A program made the translations under genes and the position numbers. The notes beneath the pieces were generated by a model, which saw only the letters and a list, made by a program, of their open reading frames with translations, ran no database searches and had not been told where the DNA came from. Of a stretch of DNA of 64,000 nt, positions 1 through 12,900 are shown one piece after another; positions within the stretch are counted from its first letter, which is position 1; each line of letters starts with the position of its first letter. The stretch covers positions 40,548,001-40,612,000 of the forward strand of contig OX638158.1 in NCBI GenBank assembly GCA_951804945.1, written 5' to 3'. Source of the stretch: Podarcis cretensis (taxonomy: Eukaryota).

Positions 1-52
1 ATCTTCTCCGTGCAAAGCAGAGGTGCTCTGCCAATGAGCTGAGGCCTTTCCC
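1..52 (-). mobile_element. 5' (tRNA-like) end of a squamate tRNA-derived SINE, cut by the window edge
   Basis: 'tgcaaagcagaggtgctctgccaatgagctgaggcc' resembles the head of the SINE copies at 23587-23768 and 45049-45197. Confidence 0.5.
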
Positions 53-758
53 TATAGCGCCATAAAATGAGGAATAATAACGTTCCTTTCAAAGAATTCC
101 CAGAAGTACCAGTCATTCAGATACACACACTGTCAGCTTGGGGGGAAAGAAAGATAATACCAGTGTAAAGTAACTACCCATAAAGTCAATATATATATGG
201 ATCAAAACTCCCACATTGTTCCAGCAGCCAGCAGCTTAACAGCAGTTTGGTCAAACTTTCAGTTCTGCAAAGCTGCAGCAGAAACTGAAATGACTCCTCA
301 ACAGCTGACGGAGACCTGCCTGGGTGTTCCCTTTCTTGTGGTTCCCTTGTTATCCCAAAATGGCTGGATGTCAAGGAGATCTGAAAGACTAGAAAAAAAG
401 GGAGGGGGGAGAAATAATAACAATGCTGAAATGGCCAATTATTTACATGTGTGAGAAATAGTTTTCTACTGAAAAGTGAAAGCAGAAAGGGAAACACCAT
501 CAGTGATAGGAAGGGCAGAGGAGTTCAAGGACTTTTCTCTTCAAGCATCATAAATTAAACATATGGAGAGCTGCTGCTTGGCCATTGACGGCTGGTCCCA
601 CAGCAACCTTCTTGGCAAATTCAGTTGCATTATTTTTCAAGAGTGGCTATTCATATGACTTATTAGGGGCCACCTCAAATGTCCCCCCCCCCAAAAAAAA
701 CACCCTTAAGGAAACATATTCAGTACTGTACATCATGACTTAGGACCCCTCCGGAATG

Positions 759-917
759 GGGCCACATCTACACCATATATTTAAAGGGCTTTAAACAGTA
801 ATGACTTCCCACAGAGAATTCTGGGCTGTAGTTTGTTAAGGGTACTGAGAATTGCTAGAAGACCCCTATTCCCCTCTCAGAGCTACAATCCCCAGAGTGG
901 TTTAATAATGAATCCAT
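759..917. mobile_element. Left half of a palindromic MITE (same family as 17852-18292)
   Basis: Shares 'gaat(t/c)ctggg..tgtagtttgttaaggg..ctgaga.ttg.tag.agacccctattcccc' with the arms of the element at 17852-18292. Confidence 0.7.
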
Positions 918-1132
918 GGTATTCGCCTTAGAGGTGCCAGAGCTAAGCAAAGCATTTCCTGAGAGAATGTGAGGGACTGTGTTGCTGCTTTAAAGAAGGC
1001 CATCTTCAGCAGTATATGAAGTGTGATTCTTCTCCTTTCCCTTTGACAGAAGAGGGAAATCGACCACACTCCAACTTATTGCTACAAATTCCTGCCTTTA
1101 AACTAGTGACTGTTGTAGCCACTTCATATGAG

Positions 1133-1256
1133 CATGGGCATAGCGAAGGGGAGGCATCAATAAAAAGCAATATAACTCAATACAAATCTGAGGTTCTTCC
1201 CCCCTAACAAAAACCTGCCCCTCTCCCCCACAAAAAAAATCCTGGCTATGCCCATG
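1133..1256. mobile_element. hAT-type MITE, 124 bp
   Basis: Perfect 12-bp TIRs catgggcatagc/gctatgcccatg; perfect 8-bp TSD catatgag at 1125-1132 and 1257-1264. Confidence 0.85.
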
Positions 1257-1712
1257 CATATGAGTGAACCTACAGTGTGACCTGTAGGAGATTATTCACG
1301 GGCAGTGGGAGTAGTTAAAATGCAAATACTGTTGAAATTTTGTGACATTTCTCAGGAAACGGTTGCATTATCTTTATACATCATACAAAGCTAAAGTGTG
1401 GAGCCACTTCACAGCAACATTCTCAAATGAAGCAAAACACCAGAAGAATATCTAAATAGCTGAGAAAAATAACTAAGTTTTCCCCCAACTGCATTGCTGA
1501 GACACTCCACACTCCTCTTCCTCCGCCAGTGCCTACCACTGAAGTACATCCTGACCCTTAATGCAGGTTTTTGGAGAAGGCTGCACATCTCTAACTAAAT
1601 ACAAAGAAACCAAACAAGCTAGTCATGTTGCTGGGAATTGGACAAATGTTATCCCGCCCACCCCCCACCCCCCGGGCACTTTGCAAAGCCGCTCATAAAA
1701 ATCCTCTTATCT

Positions 1713-1739
1713 AAAAAAAAAAAAAAAAAAAAAAAAAAA
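1713..1739 (+). repeat. Poly-A tract (27 nt)
   Basis: Seen directly. Confidence 0.95.
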
Positions 1740-2039
1740 GGTTTCAGGGATTATTTTATTAATAAACCCATTCCTGGATAAATTGCATCAGTGAGCAATT
1801 TTCCTCAGTAAGGATTTGCATAGCACCATGAAAGACCATACATGCAAATTCAAATTGTTGTTGTTATTATTGAGCTAGCTTGTCCAGTGCAAGTTATTCC
1901 TCGTGGAATTGCTTCAGTGAGTGCAGTACGATAGAAAAGTGTTAGTACAGCAATTATGAAAGCCCCTGGTAAACCTCCTTAATTAAAGCTGTGTTTAATT
2001 TTATAACTAATTATGCAGCTCTGGAAATAGTTCTAAAGT

Positions 2040-2041
<2 letters not shown>

Positions 2042-2073
<32 letters not shown>
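2042..2073. repeat. (GT)n microsatellite
   Basis: Seen directly. Confidence 0.95.
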
Positions 2074-2075
<2 letters not shown>

Positions 2076-2357
2076 AAAAACTGTTGCGTTCCAGCAATGT
2101 GCCAGATAATTATTGCTCATCCAGAGAATAAAGCCTTTTGGCCAAAAACTTAATATCCACATGTAGCTTATATATGCAGTTAAACATTTATATCCCACCT
2201 ATTTTATGTTAATTGCAGGTAGCTTAAAACAAACTGTGATAATCCAATCAATCAAATTGCATTTAAGCTACACCACAAATATAATTATGATAAATTTGAT
2301 AATGATGCCAACTCGTGAAGCTGATGGGAAAACAGAGAGCATTCACTACCACCACCC

Positions 2358-2552
2358 AACATATGAAACTGCATACACTTACCTGGATCTAGCTAGGCCA
2401 GGATCACCACTTACTCTGGCACTGAATCTCTGAAGTCTCAGCCAGGAGTCTCTGCCAGTTTTCCTGCCAGAGCTCCTGGAACTGGGGGTGTCCAGGATTG
2501 GACCTGAGACCTTATATATGTGAAGCGTGAGTCCTACTGCAGAACCAGGGCC
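2358..2552 (-). mobile_element. Degenerate tRNA-derived squamate SINE
   Basis: 'ccaggattggacctgagacc' is the antisense of a B-box-like head; layout matches 23587-23768. Confidence 0.5.
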
Positions 2553-3251
2553 CCAGAGAATGCTCACTTAGGATGCATTCACACAGCAATGCAACAGGAA
2601 ACATCACAACATCATTATATTCCTCCATGTGCCAAGGTCTTGATTTTTATAATTCTGCCCTCTCTAGTTTTATAACAGCAATTCATTTCATCTTCAAAAA
2701 GAAAAAGAAAAGAAAAGAACTGCATTTATTTTAGACTGAATTCACAAGCTTATCTGTTTCCCTTGATGGTTTGGGTCAATGTGATCTCTGGTGGCACTCC
2801 ACTGGTGTTAACAAGGTGTCAACACTTAACAGTGTGTCATCAAGAATATATTTAGGTCCTTGTGTTGTTTCAAAGAACAACTTTCTTCTCTGGGAAGGGC
2901 TAAGAGAGCTTTCAAATGTAAATTGGCTTCTTCACTTCCTGACGACAGGCTAGCTCACCCCAGGTGGTGATTCAGATGCATCATGTCTGATGTTTTAAGC
3001 AGAGGGAAAGTGAGTTAAGAATCAGGATTAGCTGAACATTTTGCTTGTAAAGATGCAAAACACAATTCTTTCAAAAGAAGGCACTAACAGCTCAAGTCAC
3101 CAATCTATATTTCAATAACATAATAAATGTCCTCAGCTTCTTCCAAGTGTCTGCTGGCTCGCTATTGTACTTCCCCGATTGACATTGCTTTCTATGAATC
3201 AGTTTGTCATACCTTAAGTGAAAAAGTAGAATTTCTACGAAAATTCAGCAT

Positions 3252-3368
3252 TTGGACTAGAACCCGAGAGAAGTGGGTTCAAAACTTAATGGGGTGACTG
3301 ACCTTGTCCCAGTTATTACTCTCAGCCTGCTCTACTGTACCGGGTTGTTTTGAGAATAATCAAATGAA
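3252..3368 (+). mobile_element. MIR/CORE-type SINE fragment
   Basis: 'ttggactaga...gggttcaaa...tgaccttgtcccagtt...ctctcagcct...gggttgttttgagaata' follows the head plus CORE pattern. Confidence 0.55.
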
Positions 3369-4689
3369 GGGGAGGGGGGAAAGAGAAGAACCAGGAAGAA
3401 AATTAAATGCTTAGATTTGTGTTCTCCCAGACATTTAATCTTTATCTTAGTATTACATCCTTAGACTGCATAAGCAATATGGGCTAAAAAAAGGGGAAAG
3501 AATGATAGATCAAAAAATATTTTTAACAATCTCATCAATCTCTCATAAGTAACTGAATTAAATGAAAAGCTAACATCCTAATCCTCATATAATTTCAAAC
3601 ACTAATAAAATAGAGGGGTCCTCACATCACAATGGCATAAATTACATATTTTGTTGCCTTAGTTAAGAATAATGTACGCCATTCAACCCCCATGTAGAAC
3701 AGCTTCTATTTATCCGAAGTCAGGCAGGTTCAACATTTTGTCAATATCAGAATCACACATTGTTCAATGATTTTTGAAATTAAAACAAGTGCTTTTCAGA
3801 TGTGCAGAAATCCACATTTCATCTCACTGCAATTTCAGTTCTTGGCCTGATGTTCTCCAAATAAATTCCTGTCTGCCTGTTATGTATTATTATTGTCAAA
3901 GGTGCTGAAAGCTCAGTCATAACATCTGAAGCTTGAACCAAATCCAAAACCAACCTAACCAGATAGTTTTCACCAGAGGGTTTTTAAAGTAGGGCCAAAA
4001 ACATATTTTAAAGCCACCCCACCTGATGTTAAGTGTCTTAACATCAGACCCTAATGATTCTGAAAATTCCGGCTAAACAGCATAAGATGTGTGCTTAGTA
4101 TGGAAGTTGTTCTGTTCATCATCAATTAGACAGGATTTTTGTAATGATGAAAGATGTTTAGGATATCATTCCTCCAATTCTTTACATCTGTCAGGGTAAA
4201 TCCATTGTTGACATTAATAATTACACTGGGCACCATTCAACAGTATGAAATGCTATGCACACCCACTGTATCCCAACTTGTGGAATGAAATGTGTGCAAT
4301 GACACAATACTTCAGTAAATGGAGAATCTTATCCATGACACACTTGCATCTCCTGCTGAAGAAGGTGTGTTATGTATTCAGACTGACAATTCCTTTGTCA
4401 AACTTCACATTTACAATTCAGAAGGGTGGCCTTTTGGTGTTGAACCCCCCCCCCTTTTTCCATTGCAGCCCTTCAATGGGCACCCTCAAAATTCCCCATG
4501 AGGTGGGCTTTGCCAGTATCCACACACAGTTTTACCACAGGAAACACTTCCAATCAGCCCTCTAGCAAAGCCACAAAACATGGGGAACTAGGAATGAGAG
4601 ACAAGAGTCTGCACTTCTCAAGAGACCTTTGTCATAAGCACAACATCCTAGCAAAACAATGATGAGCGTCTCTGCCACATTGTTGTTGC

Positions 4690-4742
<53 letters not shown>

Positions 4743-5045
4743 GTATTATTAGCTGCTATTATTATTTTACCAGCCAGCACCCACCCTTCACCAGCAGATC
4801 CAGGGTAGGTTTCAACACTTTAAAATTCAGTGTTAAATGCAGTGAAAGCAACTTTTACAGGAGTAGGGTGGATCCCGAAGACACACATCTCAGGTGTCAA
4901 AGAGGTATGTTTTCAGCATTCACCAAAAACTGTATAGTGGAGGTGTTAAGCACACCTCTGTGGGGAGACACAATTTAGGGGCTGCCATGGAGAATGCACT
5001 TTCTTGGGCCACCACCGCCCACAAAAAATTGAGGGTGGCAGAAGT
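4690..5045 (-). mobile_element. L2 LINE 3' fragment with (AAT)n tail
   Basis: Minus-strand translation ...ESAFSMAAPKLC-LPTEVCLTPPLYSFW*MLKTYLF resembles the L2 ORF2 C-terminal motif RAFS.AAP.LWN.LP...F...LKT.LF; (ATT)n array at 4691-4765. Confidence 0.7.
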
Positions 5046-6617
5046 ACCATGTGGGCACCCTCTGTTAGTCTTAACACCCAAGAGGCTATGTTGTGAAGGA
5101 GGGCTATGTTTTAGACCTCCACAGAAAACTAGAGGGGGGGAACCAAAGCCCAATTGCCTCCACGAGGGACCCCAAAGGATGGACTTTTGCCCCTCAGACC
5201 ATTTTTCTAGGGTCAGATTGTTAACTGGGAATTCTTCTTTAGTTCAGATTTCAATCCAAACAGGAGAAGAATCAAGTGGCTCACTAATGCATACTTTCTC
5301 TTGAAGCAAATATTCTGAAGCTAGATTCTGTTTGTCAATATCTCTACTACAGACATGCTGCTCTTAGTGATCATAGGTGGGTCAGCTTTCATGGCCCTAC
5401 GGTCTCCCTAATCCTCTCCAAAGTTGATAAACTGTGCCTTCTCCATGTCCAGGCCCACAAAACCACCATATTTTTTTATTGTGATTGGTCTACTTTTGGT
5501 CCTGCCCTTTTGCTTCTCTTTTCCCTTGCCAAATGGCAAATATCTTTTTCTGCTGCTACTACCATCAACTGTGTGCCAAGCACCTGGTAATCTCCTATAG
5601 TTCATCAGAGGATTTTCAAATGAAATTAATAAACTAGATTAATAACTAATCATGATAACAAGAAAGAGTAGGAGAACATAACTAAAACAGGGTTTTTTTT
5701 TTTTTAAAAAAAGAAATCCTAGTCTTATTCTGTGCAATGAATACATGGGTTTGCAGTATTCATCATGACCTTAATATAACCCATAAGTGCAGCAGGCAGC
5801 AGGCCAAAGCTAGCAGCTTTCAAGGCTGAACTGAATTACATTTGTGTCAGGAAGATAAAGATGCCACAAAATCCCCTCTGAATGCTTTCTTGTCATCTCT
5901 ACAGGGGGAAACTCTGTTTCTAATCCATAAAGTCTTCCCTGCATTCTTTGTTTTGAAACCAAAAAGACAAAATCCACCACTTGTCTCCATCTGCTTAAAA
6001 AAATGATTTGCCATCCTGTAACATTATATAAGATGGCAAGGGGGCTTGCTGCGGATTTGGGTGTGTGACAGGCAAAGTTATTGTTAATATTACATAGAGC
6101 ATATTCTGCCTAACATGTCATTTGTCTTGTAGGAGTTTCTCCCCTCCTGCCCTGCCTTCTTGCCTAATGTTTTCCTCTTGGCTTGTCTGTAGTGTATAAA
6201 CTCATTCCCTAACGCTTGATTTTCAAATCTGTTTCTCTTACCCTACTATCCTTTTTAAAAATAAGCCCGTTCTTTAGCTTTACTACTCAAAATTGTAGAT
6301 TGAATGATTTCACATGCTATCATACCTTATACTGTCTGCTTTTAGGAATGTGAAAAGCCTTCCCTTTTTATTTTTGTTCACCTTTCAGAGCATTGGCACG
6401 ACACGTTCAGTACACTTATTTGCAAAAGCAGATATGGCATTTTGCCACAATGGGATTTTCACAGCCCCTGAAACATTATTGTGCACTCTTGTTATATCGC
6501 CTGTCACTCAAAATCACAGATGTGGCTTATTCATTGTTCCCCATTTAAGAACAGAGACCTGTTTTTAATTATAGATTGTGACCCCATTCGAAAACACAGG
6601 GTTGCAGGGATACAGGC

Positions 6618-7043
6618 TAGGGATACAGGGCAAATTGGCCTCACTTCACATTTAAAGGTGAATCTACCTATTTCGCACTGTCTGAAATGCAGCCATTCTT
6701 TGAAATTTGCGCTTCTCCAAATTTTGTAGTGCATTTCTCCGGTCAAGTAATGTGTACAAAAATGCATATAGCAGAGTATAGTATGCACCAAAATATATCT
6801 ATTAGTTAAAATAAGTTTTCCTATTAGGGAAAATTGCTTTGCAAAAACATGTATATTAGGTAGAACTGCATACAAAAACAAGTATATTCAGAGAATTTTA
6901 CACTAAAATGCTGTTGAATGTTCATGGGTTTATTTAATTTTTTTTAAAGATGATAACTTTATGGAAATGCGGAGAACCAATATTAAGACTGGGGAAAATG
7001 AGATACCAAAAGAAGCTGAAACTAACAGATTTGCCCATCCCTT
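6618..7043. mobile_element. Non-autonomous DNA transposon (TAGGGATG-type termini, hAT-like)
   Basis: Termini tagggata.../...gcccatccctt; reverse-complement homologous to 7917-8355. Confidence 0.6.
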
Positions 7044-7916
7044 AACAATTGCATATTGTTTCCCTATCACAAAAACACAGGCCTCCGAAGTTGCCATTTT
7101 GAATCATAGCTTGCATACCTTTTTGCTGTGGACCGACAATGCTATTCCCATAAACTATTCCAGATCTGTAAAAGAGAATTGGTCATATTATTTTATTTGG
7201 GGTTGGGGGGAATCAGCTAAGTTAAATGGGGAACATACAGAACCCCAGTAATATATGGGACAAGCGAAATGACAAGCATAGCCTTAAATATTCTCAGTGG
7301 TACTTAATACCTGAAAACAATACCACTCATATATAATTATTGTATGCATGAATATAATGGCTTTGAGTGTCTACAGTGCATTATCTCATCTGTCTCAACA
7401 TCTCACATTATTTATTTTCTTGTTTTAGTCAGTATTAGACCAACACTCTTCTGTGCACTGCATTCCATGTTTATTCTTTTCTCCTGTTGATTTTTTTCCC
7501 CTTCTGCAAGGTCAAAATACAAGATGAAGGTCAAAGCAGAAATGAAGCAGTCTCAGTGAAAATAAATATATAATCATAGGTTAGGCTTTAAGGCAGGTGC
7601 TTGTAGCTGGTGGTGGAGGGGGCATTGCGGGCAACAGAATTGCAGAATTAACCCATGTTAAAGATGTGGCTTGTGGACGTATGTGTATGAAACATGGTAA
7701 CTTTATCATCATGAAAAATGCTACATAGTTTGGACAAATCTAGGCAACTACCATTTATGTGTCTGATGCCAAACATGCTGGTTCTTTCTACACTGTAAAT
7801 AACTTTGTTTCCCAGAGTGCCACCTTGTACTATTCTGTAGAAGTTGCTAGAGATTTAACACATTTGCATTCTCTCCCAGTCAGCGTGGGGGCATTTTTTA
7901 TGTCTCTGGTGCACGT

Positions 7917-8355
7917 TAGAGATGGTCAACTCTGTCAATTTGGGTTTCTCATTTTCCCAAGTTTGACTTCAGTTTGACACATCTCTGCAGCACTTTAGTT
8001 GAAAATTAAAAGTCCTCACCCCCCAAAATTGCCAGCATTTAAGCATGCATTTCTCCTGATGGAACACATTTCTGAGTGCAATTTTGCTTAAGATGCACAT
8101 TTTTACAAGCATCTTTCTCTAACGCAAGGCATTTGGCATGTTACTTTCACTAATATATGTATTTTTATCCCTGGCATGTGCACACTTTCCCTTGGCATGT
8201 GTATTTTTATACACCGGGGGAGGGGCTGGGAAATCATATTATAAAATTTGGATAAATATGAATTTTGAAAGATAGCTCTGTTTCAGTTCACATATATTTT
8301 TTTCAAAAGTGCAAAGTAGGTATCTGAATGAAACCATTTTTTCCTCCCATCCTTA
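7917..8355. mobile_element. Second copy of the same DNA-transposon family, inverted relative to 6618-7043
   Basis: Start tagagatggtcaactctgtcaattt...ctcattttccca matches the reverse complement of the end of 6618-7043. Confidence 0.6.
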
Positions 8356-8379
8356 TTGCACATGTGTCTAAATACACAC

Positions 8380-8559
8380 CATAGGGCGCCACCTCCTAGG
8401 AGCTTTGCCTCCCAATAACATATTCTGAGGGGGCTGCCCCCCCCCAAGTTGAGGGGTATTGCCATTCAAATGGTGTGTGAGCACAGCATTATGTGATCCG
8501 TTATGCAAGGCTGGGCTTACCTGTCCCCCCTCAATATTTTATTCAAGTTGGCACCCCTG
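8380..8559. mobile_element. hAT-type MITE, 180 bp
   Basis: Imperfect TIRs catagggcgcca/gttggcacccctg; perfect 8-bp TSD atacacac at 8372-8379 and 8560-8567. Confidence 0.8.
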
Positions 8560-8619
8560 ATACACACTGAAACTGGCAGAAAGACTCACTGAAGTTCTTC
8601 AGAGAAGACATAAGAATGT

Positions 8620-9014
8620 ATTTCCAGGCATCAATTCAAAGTGTTTGTGCTGACTTTTAAAGCCCTAAACAGCCTCGGTCCTGTATACCTGAAGGAGCGT
8701 CTCCACCCCATCATTCTGCCTGGACACTGAGGTCCAGCGCCGAGGGCCTTCTGGCGGTTCCCTCACTGCGAGATGTGAGGTTACAGGGAACCAAACAGAG
8801 GGCCTTCTCGGTAGTGGCGCCTGCCCTGTGGAACACATTCCTTCAGATGTGAAGGAAATAAGCAGCTATCTTCTCTTTAAAAGACATCTGAAGGCAGCCC
8901 TGTTTAGGGGAGTTTTTAATATTTAATGCTGTATTGTTTTTAACACTTGATTGGAAGCCGCCCAGAGTGGCTGGGGAAACTCAGCCAGATGGGTGGGGTA
9001 TAAATAATAAATAA

Positions 9015-9059
<45 letters not shown>

Positions 9060-9069
9060 TATTATTATT
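8620..9069 (+). mobile_element. L2 LINE 3' end (relatively young) with (TTA)n tail
   Basis: Translation FKVFVLTFKALNSLGPVYLKERLHP...RAFSVVAPALWN...FKRHLKAALFR is the L2 ORF2 C-terminus; 3' UTR 'gccgcccagagtggctgggg...gatgggtggggtataaataataa' and tail. Confidence 0.9.
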
Positions 9070-9469
9070 GAGTGCCTAGCCTTCCATTTTATTTACTACA
9101 ACTCCTGAGTTATATTTTGAACTGCTGAGAACAGGCTTTTTTTTTTTTTTTACAAACTTTCTTCTCATGGATCTTTCTAGTTGGTTTTATAATCAGCTGC
9201 TATTATAGATTAACATAATGCAGCATACGGCAAGTGGTGAAGAGACTTTCGTTTTGTATATAATACATGGGTGATGTGGGGTTATAAGAACATCTCTAAT
9301 TTATATGCAGAGAGTATGAAGAGTATGGAAGCCCAGTCAAAATTCCCAGGACATTATATTCAAATGATGCTTTTTAAAAAAGAAAAAGAAAAGTAAGAAT
9401 GAATGGAAGTATGAGCAGACAAGATGTATACTGCAACATTTACTGGGCATTTATTGGGCATTTCCACTA

Positions 9470-9721
9470 CAGTGGTACCTTGGTTTACGAACTTAATCCG
9501 TTCTGGAAGTCCGTTCTTAAACCAAAGCATTCTTAAACCAAGGCGTGCTTTCCCATAGCAGCGGGGGACTCAATTTACAAATGGAACACACTCAACAGGA
9601 AGCGGAACATGTTCTGCTTCCAAAGCAAAGTTCACAAACCAAAACACCTACTTCTGGGTTTGCAGCGTTCTTAATCCAAGTTGTTCATAAACTAAGCTGT
9701 CCTTAAACCAAAGTACCACTG
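9470..9721. mobile_element. TcMar/Tigger-type MITE, subfamily A
   Basis: TIRs cagtggtaccttggttta/taaaccaaagtaccactg; TA flanks on both sides; inverted near-identical copy at 23813-24065. Confidence 0.9.
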
Positions 9722-11366
9722 TATATCTCTTTAAAATCATTCAGCCATTCACTTTTAAACCTGTTAGCAGCTTTTAAAATCTCCAGTAAGACATGAAATA
9801 ATAGCCACTAATAACCATAACATGGCCAGGTAAGGCATTACTCTCTGTAGCTTAGTCCACATGGAGTAATTCCACATCTCTACATGATTCCAAAATGCTA
9901 AATGTGCATGAACCTTGCTCATCATATTCCCTGATTTAGAACATCCCTTTGCCATCTAGAATGAAATACTTGGTCAAATTCCAGTATAATACAATGCCAT
10001 TGATTCTGGGGTCTGTGTTTACTCAGAAACTCCTTGACAGGCATATATCCCTGCGGAGGATATGAACACATCAAGAAATACTTTCTTAATCCATGATTCA
10101 TAAACAGAATTCCCTTGAATCCTATACAATGTACTGATAAACAATTACAAGAGGGAATTTGTGTATTTGTGAAGGCAGGAATTTAGGCTATGATTATTTT
10201 GCTAGAAGTGCAGTCTAATGAGAGTTATGGAAGACAGATTTTTAAATTTTGTTAGAAAACAATAGAGAAATATAATATAATATTCAATTTGTCTCTGTTT
10301 CACAAATTGTTTACATTTCCTCTTTCAGCAGTTTTTCCCCATGAAGGTATAACTTCTTACTAGTCTGCCAATTTGATTTTCAACAGTTCTAATACTATTT
10401 CTGCTCCCAAAGTACCTGTCCAGAGCATCTGTGCCTTGCTGGCAGTTAGGGAAGTGGGTTTTCATTACCAGCACCTTAACAGCTGCTCAAAAATCCCAAA
10501 GACATGACTTGGGCCAGTGTACTGTTCAGAAAGCAAGCCCAAGCTCATAATAAAATTATATAAAATATGGCACTCACCTAAGCTTGTACAGATGTTAATA
10601 ATCACATTAACTCAATTCCAGACATGGAAATGTACATGGAATGTCCACTGTATGAGGCCACAATAAAAATGAGTAGCAACATCTGAAAACTAATATTTTG
10701 TGGGTATTTAGTGAAATCTTTCCATCAGCCAACTTCAAAATTACAATGTGTCGAATTGAAGTAAGTTGAGAATTTCACACACAGCAGGGATATTCAGCAA
10801 CAATCATCAGGACGGCAACCAGAGAAACAAAATATGATATTCATGGTAATGAGATCCTTGAAGAATTCTTTACGGTCATTAAAAGCTAGAATGCGAAGAA
10901 TAAATTTCAGCTAAGTAATACCAGTAGGGTTATTTTAAGGAGAGGAGCTATTATTGAGTCAGAAAGAATGAACAAGACAAGAAAATAAATGTTCTTACAT
11001 TTTCTAAATGAACTATTAGATGTTGCTCACTAGCTACTGAAGACTTTCCTGCTTCCCTAAGGAACTATTACCCTTATCTCATACTATGCCTGCCACTTGG
11101 GGATGTTTTCTCTAAGAAGGAGAATCACACTTTTCTAGCACCAGCAAATATTTATCACAAAGTGTTTTAGCTCACAGGTCAAGCAGTTCCAGTGGCTAAT
11201 GTGAATAACAGCCATTTGCATGATGCAAATAATTAAAATAGATTCTTGGTTCAGAAGCTATAAAAGAAAGAAACATAAAAATAAAATAAATGAGCCAAGT
11301 TCGCTTTCCAAAGTGGATTAGCCTGGAGAAATAGAAGTTAATGGCCAAATAAATTATTTCCTGGAG

Positions 11367-11467
11367 CAGAGGTAGTCATTGTAATGCCCTCCAGTTGTTA
11401 TGCATGTCAACCCTGACCATTAGTGTGGTTGTAGTCCACAACATCTGGAAGCACCATATTATCTCTG
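11367..11467. mobile_element. Old short hAT MITE
   Basis: cagagg...atctctg termini; TSD tcctggag/ttctggag; internal 'ttgtagtcc.caacatctgga' shared with the 136-bp family. Confidence 0.6.
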
Positions 11468-11555
11468 TTCTGGAGTGGCTGTCTCTCACACATCCCTATA
11501 CCCACCATTCCAGGGGCATCCCCATTCATTTCCTTCAAAGTGGATGCTCTGGACA

Positions 11556-11970
11556 CATAGAGTAATAGAATCATTAAACTGTAGAGTCAGAAGGGACCCT
11601 GCAGTACAGGAATCTCAAGTAAAGCATCCATGACAGATGACCATCCAACCTCTGCTTAAAAACTTCCAGTGAAGGAGAGGCCACCACCTTCCACAGAACA
11701 GCTCTTACCATCAGAAAGGTCTTCTTGATGTTTTGTCAGAATCTCCTTTCCTATAACTTGAAACTATTGGTTCGGGTCCTACCCTCTGGAGCAGGAAAAA
11801 ACAAGTTTGCTTTATTTTCCATGTGACAGCCCTTTAGATATTTGAAGATGCCTAAACCAATCTAACTCCCTCAACCCTTCCTCATAAAGCTTGGTTTCCA
11901 GATCATCATGGTTGTCCTACTCTGTACATGTTCCAGCTTGTCAATATCCTTCATAAATTGTGGTGTTCAG
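11556..11970 (-). mobile_element. CR1 LINE 3' fragment
   Basis: Minus translation PQFMKDIDKLEHVQSRTT...YEEGLREL is the CR1 ORF2 C-terminus; ATTCTATG-like tail; homologous to 44670-45050 and 47950-48347. Confidence 0.85.
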
Positions 11971-12042
11971 ATTTCACTTTTCAATTAAAAATGTTGCTCA
12001 TAGGATCCCAGCCACACACCATATTGATTTTCCATCCACATC

Positions 12043-12524
12043 TGTGGCGTTTGCCCTCCTAGGTGGGTCATAAGGAAAGGGTTAAATGAGTGTGAAGTGA
12101 TTGGCCAGTGGGAACCCAAGGGGAGGAGGTAGAGTTAGGATTGGAGTTGTTGGGAAGTCATTTGGGAGTTGGAGAAGGAAGAGGGAAGATAAGTCTGTGG
12201 GTTGGTCTAGTTTTGATGTGTGAGAGTGAGAGAAACTGTTAGGAGGAGTCCGATAGACAGTTGGGATAATCAGTTAAAAGTTATTAGGAAGGTATAGGCT
12301 GGTATAGGAACTAAGGATAAGAAACTGACAAGAAAAATTATCTGAAACCATAAACTTGTTCATGCTTATAAAATAAACTTGATTATTTGTTTTGATGTTA
12401 ACAACTGTCTGGTCTCAGTGTGTACCCGAGAGAAACGGGTTGGTGGCAGTGGGAAAGTGATCATAGTGGTGGCACAGGGATCAATAGACCGTCAAACGTC
12501 CGGGGACCCTGTGTGATCGCCACA
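12043..12524 (+). mobile_element. Solo LTR, 482 bp
   Basis: TG...CA ends with 7-bp inverted termini tgtggcg/cgccaca; perfect 5-bp TSD acatc at 12038-12042 and 12525-12529; AATAAA near 12372. Confidence 0.85.
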
Positions 12525-12539
12525 ACATCCATACATATA

Positions 12540-12900
12540 TGTCAGATGCTGTTGTGGTTGCTTGAGAGTAACCAGGCAGGACTCCAACCTGTCTTTTACA
12601 GGCTTTATTTTGGTGCAAACTATTTACAGTGAAGAGCGTCATAAGTTCATGTCTGGCTCAATCGCTAGCAGAATCCGGGAGTGGTCTGTTTTTGTACCTC
12701 CCCCCACATAAAAGTTTCGTCACCCCCAGCCTTTTCTGCACCTCAAACTACTCTGTGTGATGGGCGATGGCAAGGGCATGCTTCCCACCTCTCTGGTTTG
12801 CTCAGGCATGGTGTTAAGGCTCTTACTAGCATCCTCTGGTCCTTGCACCTCCTCTCCACTGGAGGTGGGGCTTTCTTCCTCGCCACAAGAGGAACTGCTT
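12540..12900 (-). mobile_element. Probable truncated LTR of a second family
   Basis: Begins TGTCAG; minus-strand AATAAA at 12604-12609; composition and CpG content differ from the flanks; no matching far end or TSD found. Confidence 0.5.

Noticed and set aside
4023-4047. 11-bp perfect hairpin (a similar one is at 34163-34196)
   Set aside because: Too short to interpret; chance or collapsed MITE remnants.
9764-9955. 63-aa minus ORF starting right after an AG acceptor-like site
   Set aside because: No similarity to any protein I recognise.
10575-10690. Minus-strand segment bounded by ttttcag and gtgagt
   Set aside because: Stop codons in all three frames, so it is not a coding exon; no evidence for a non-coding one.
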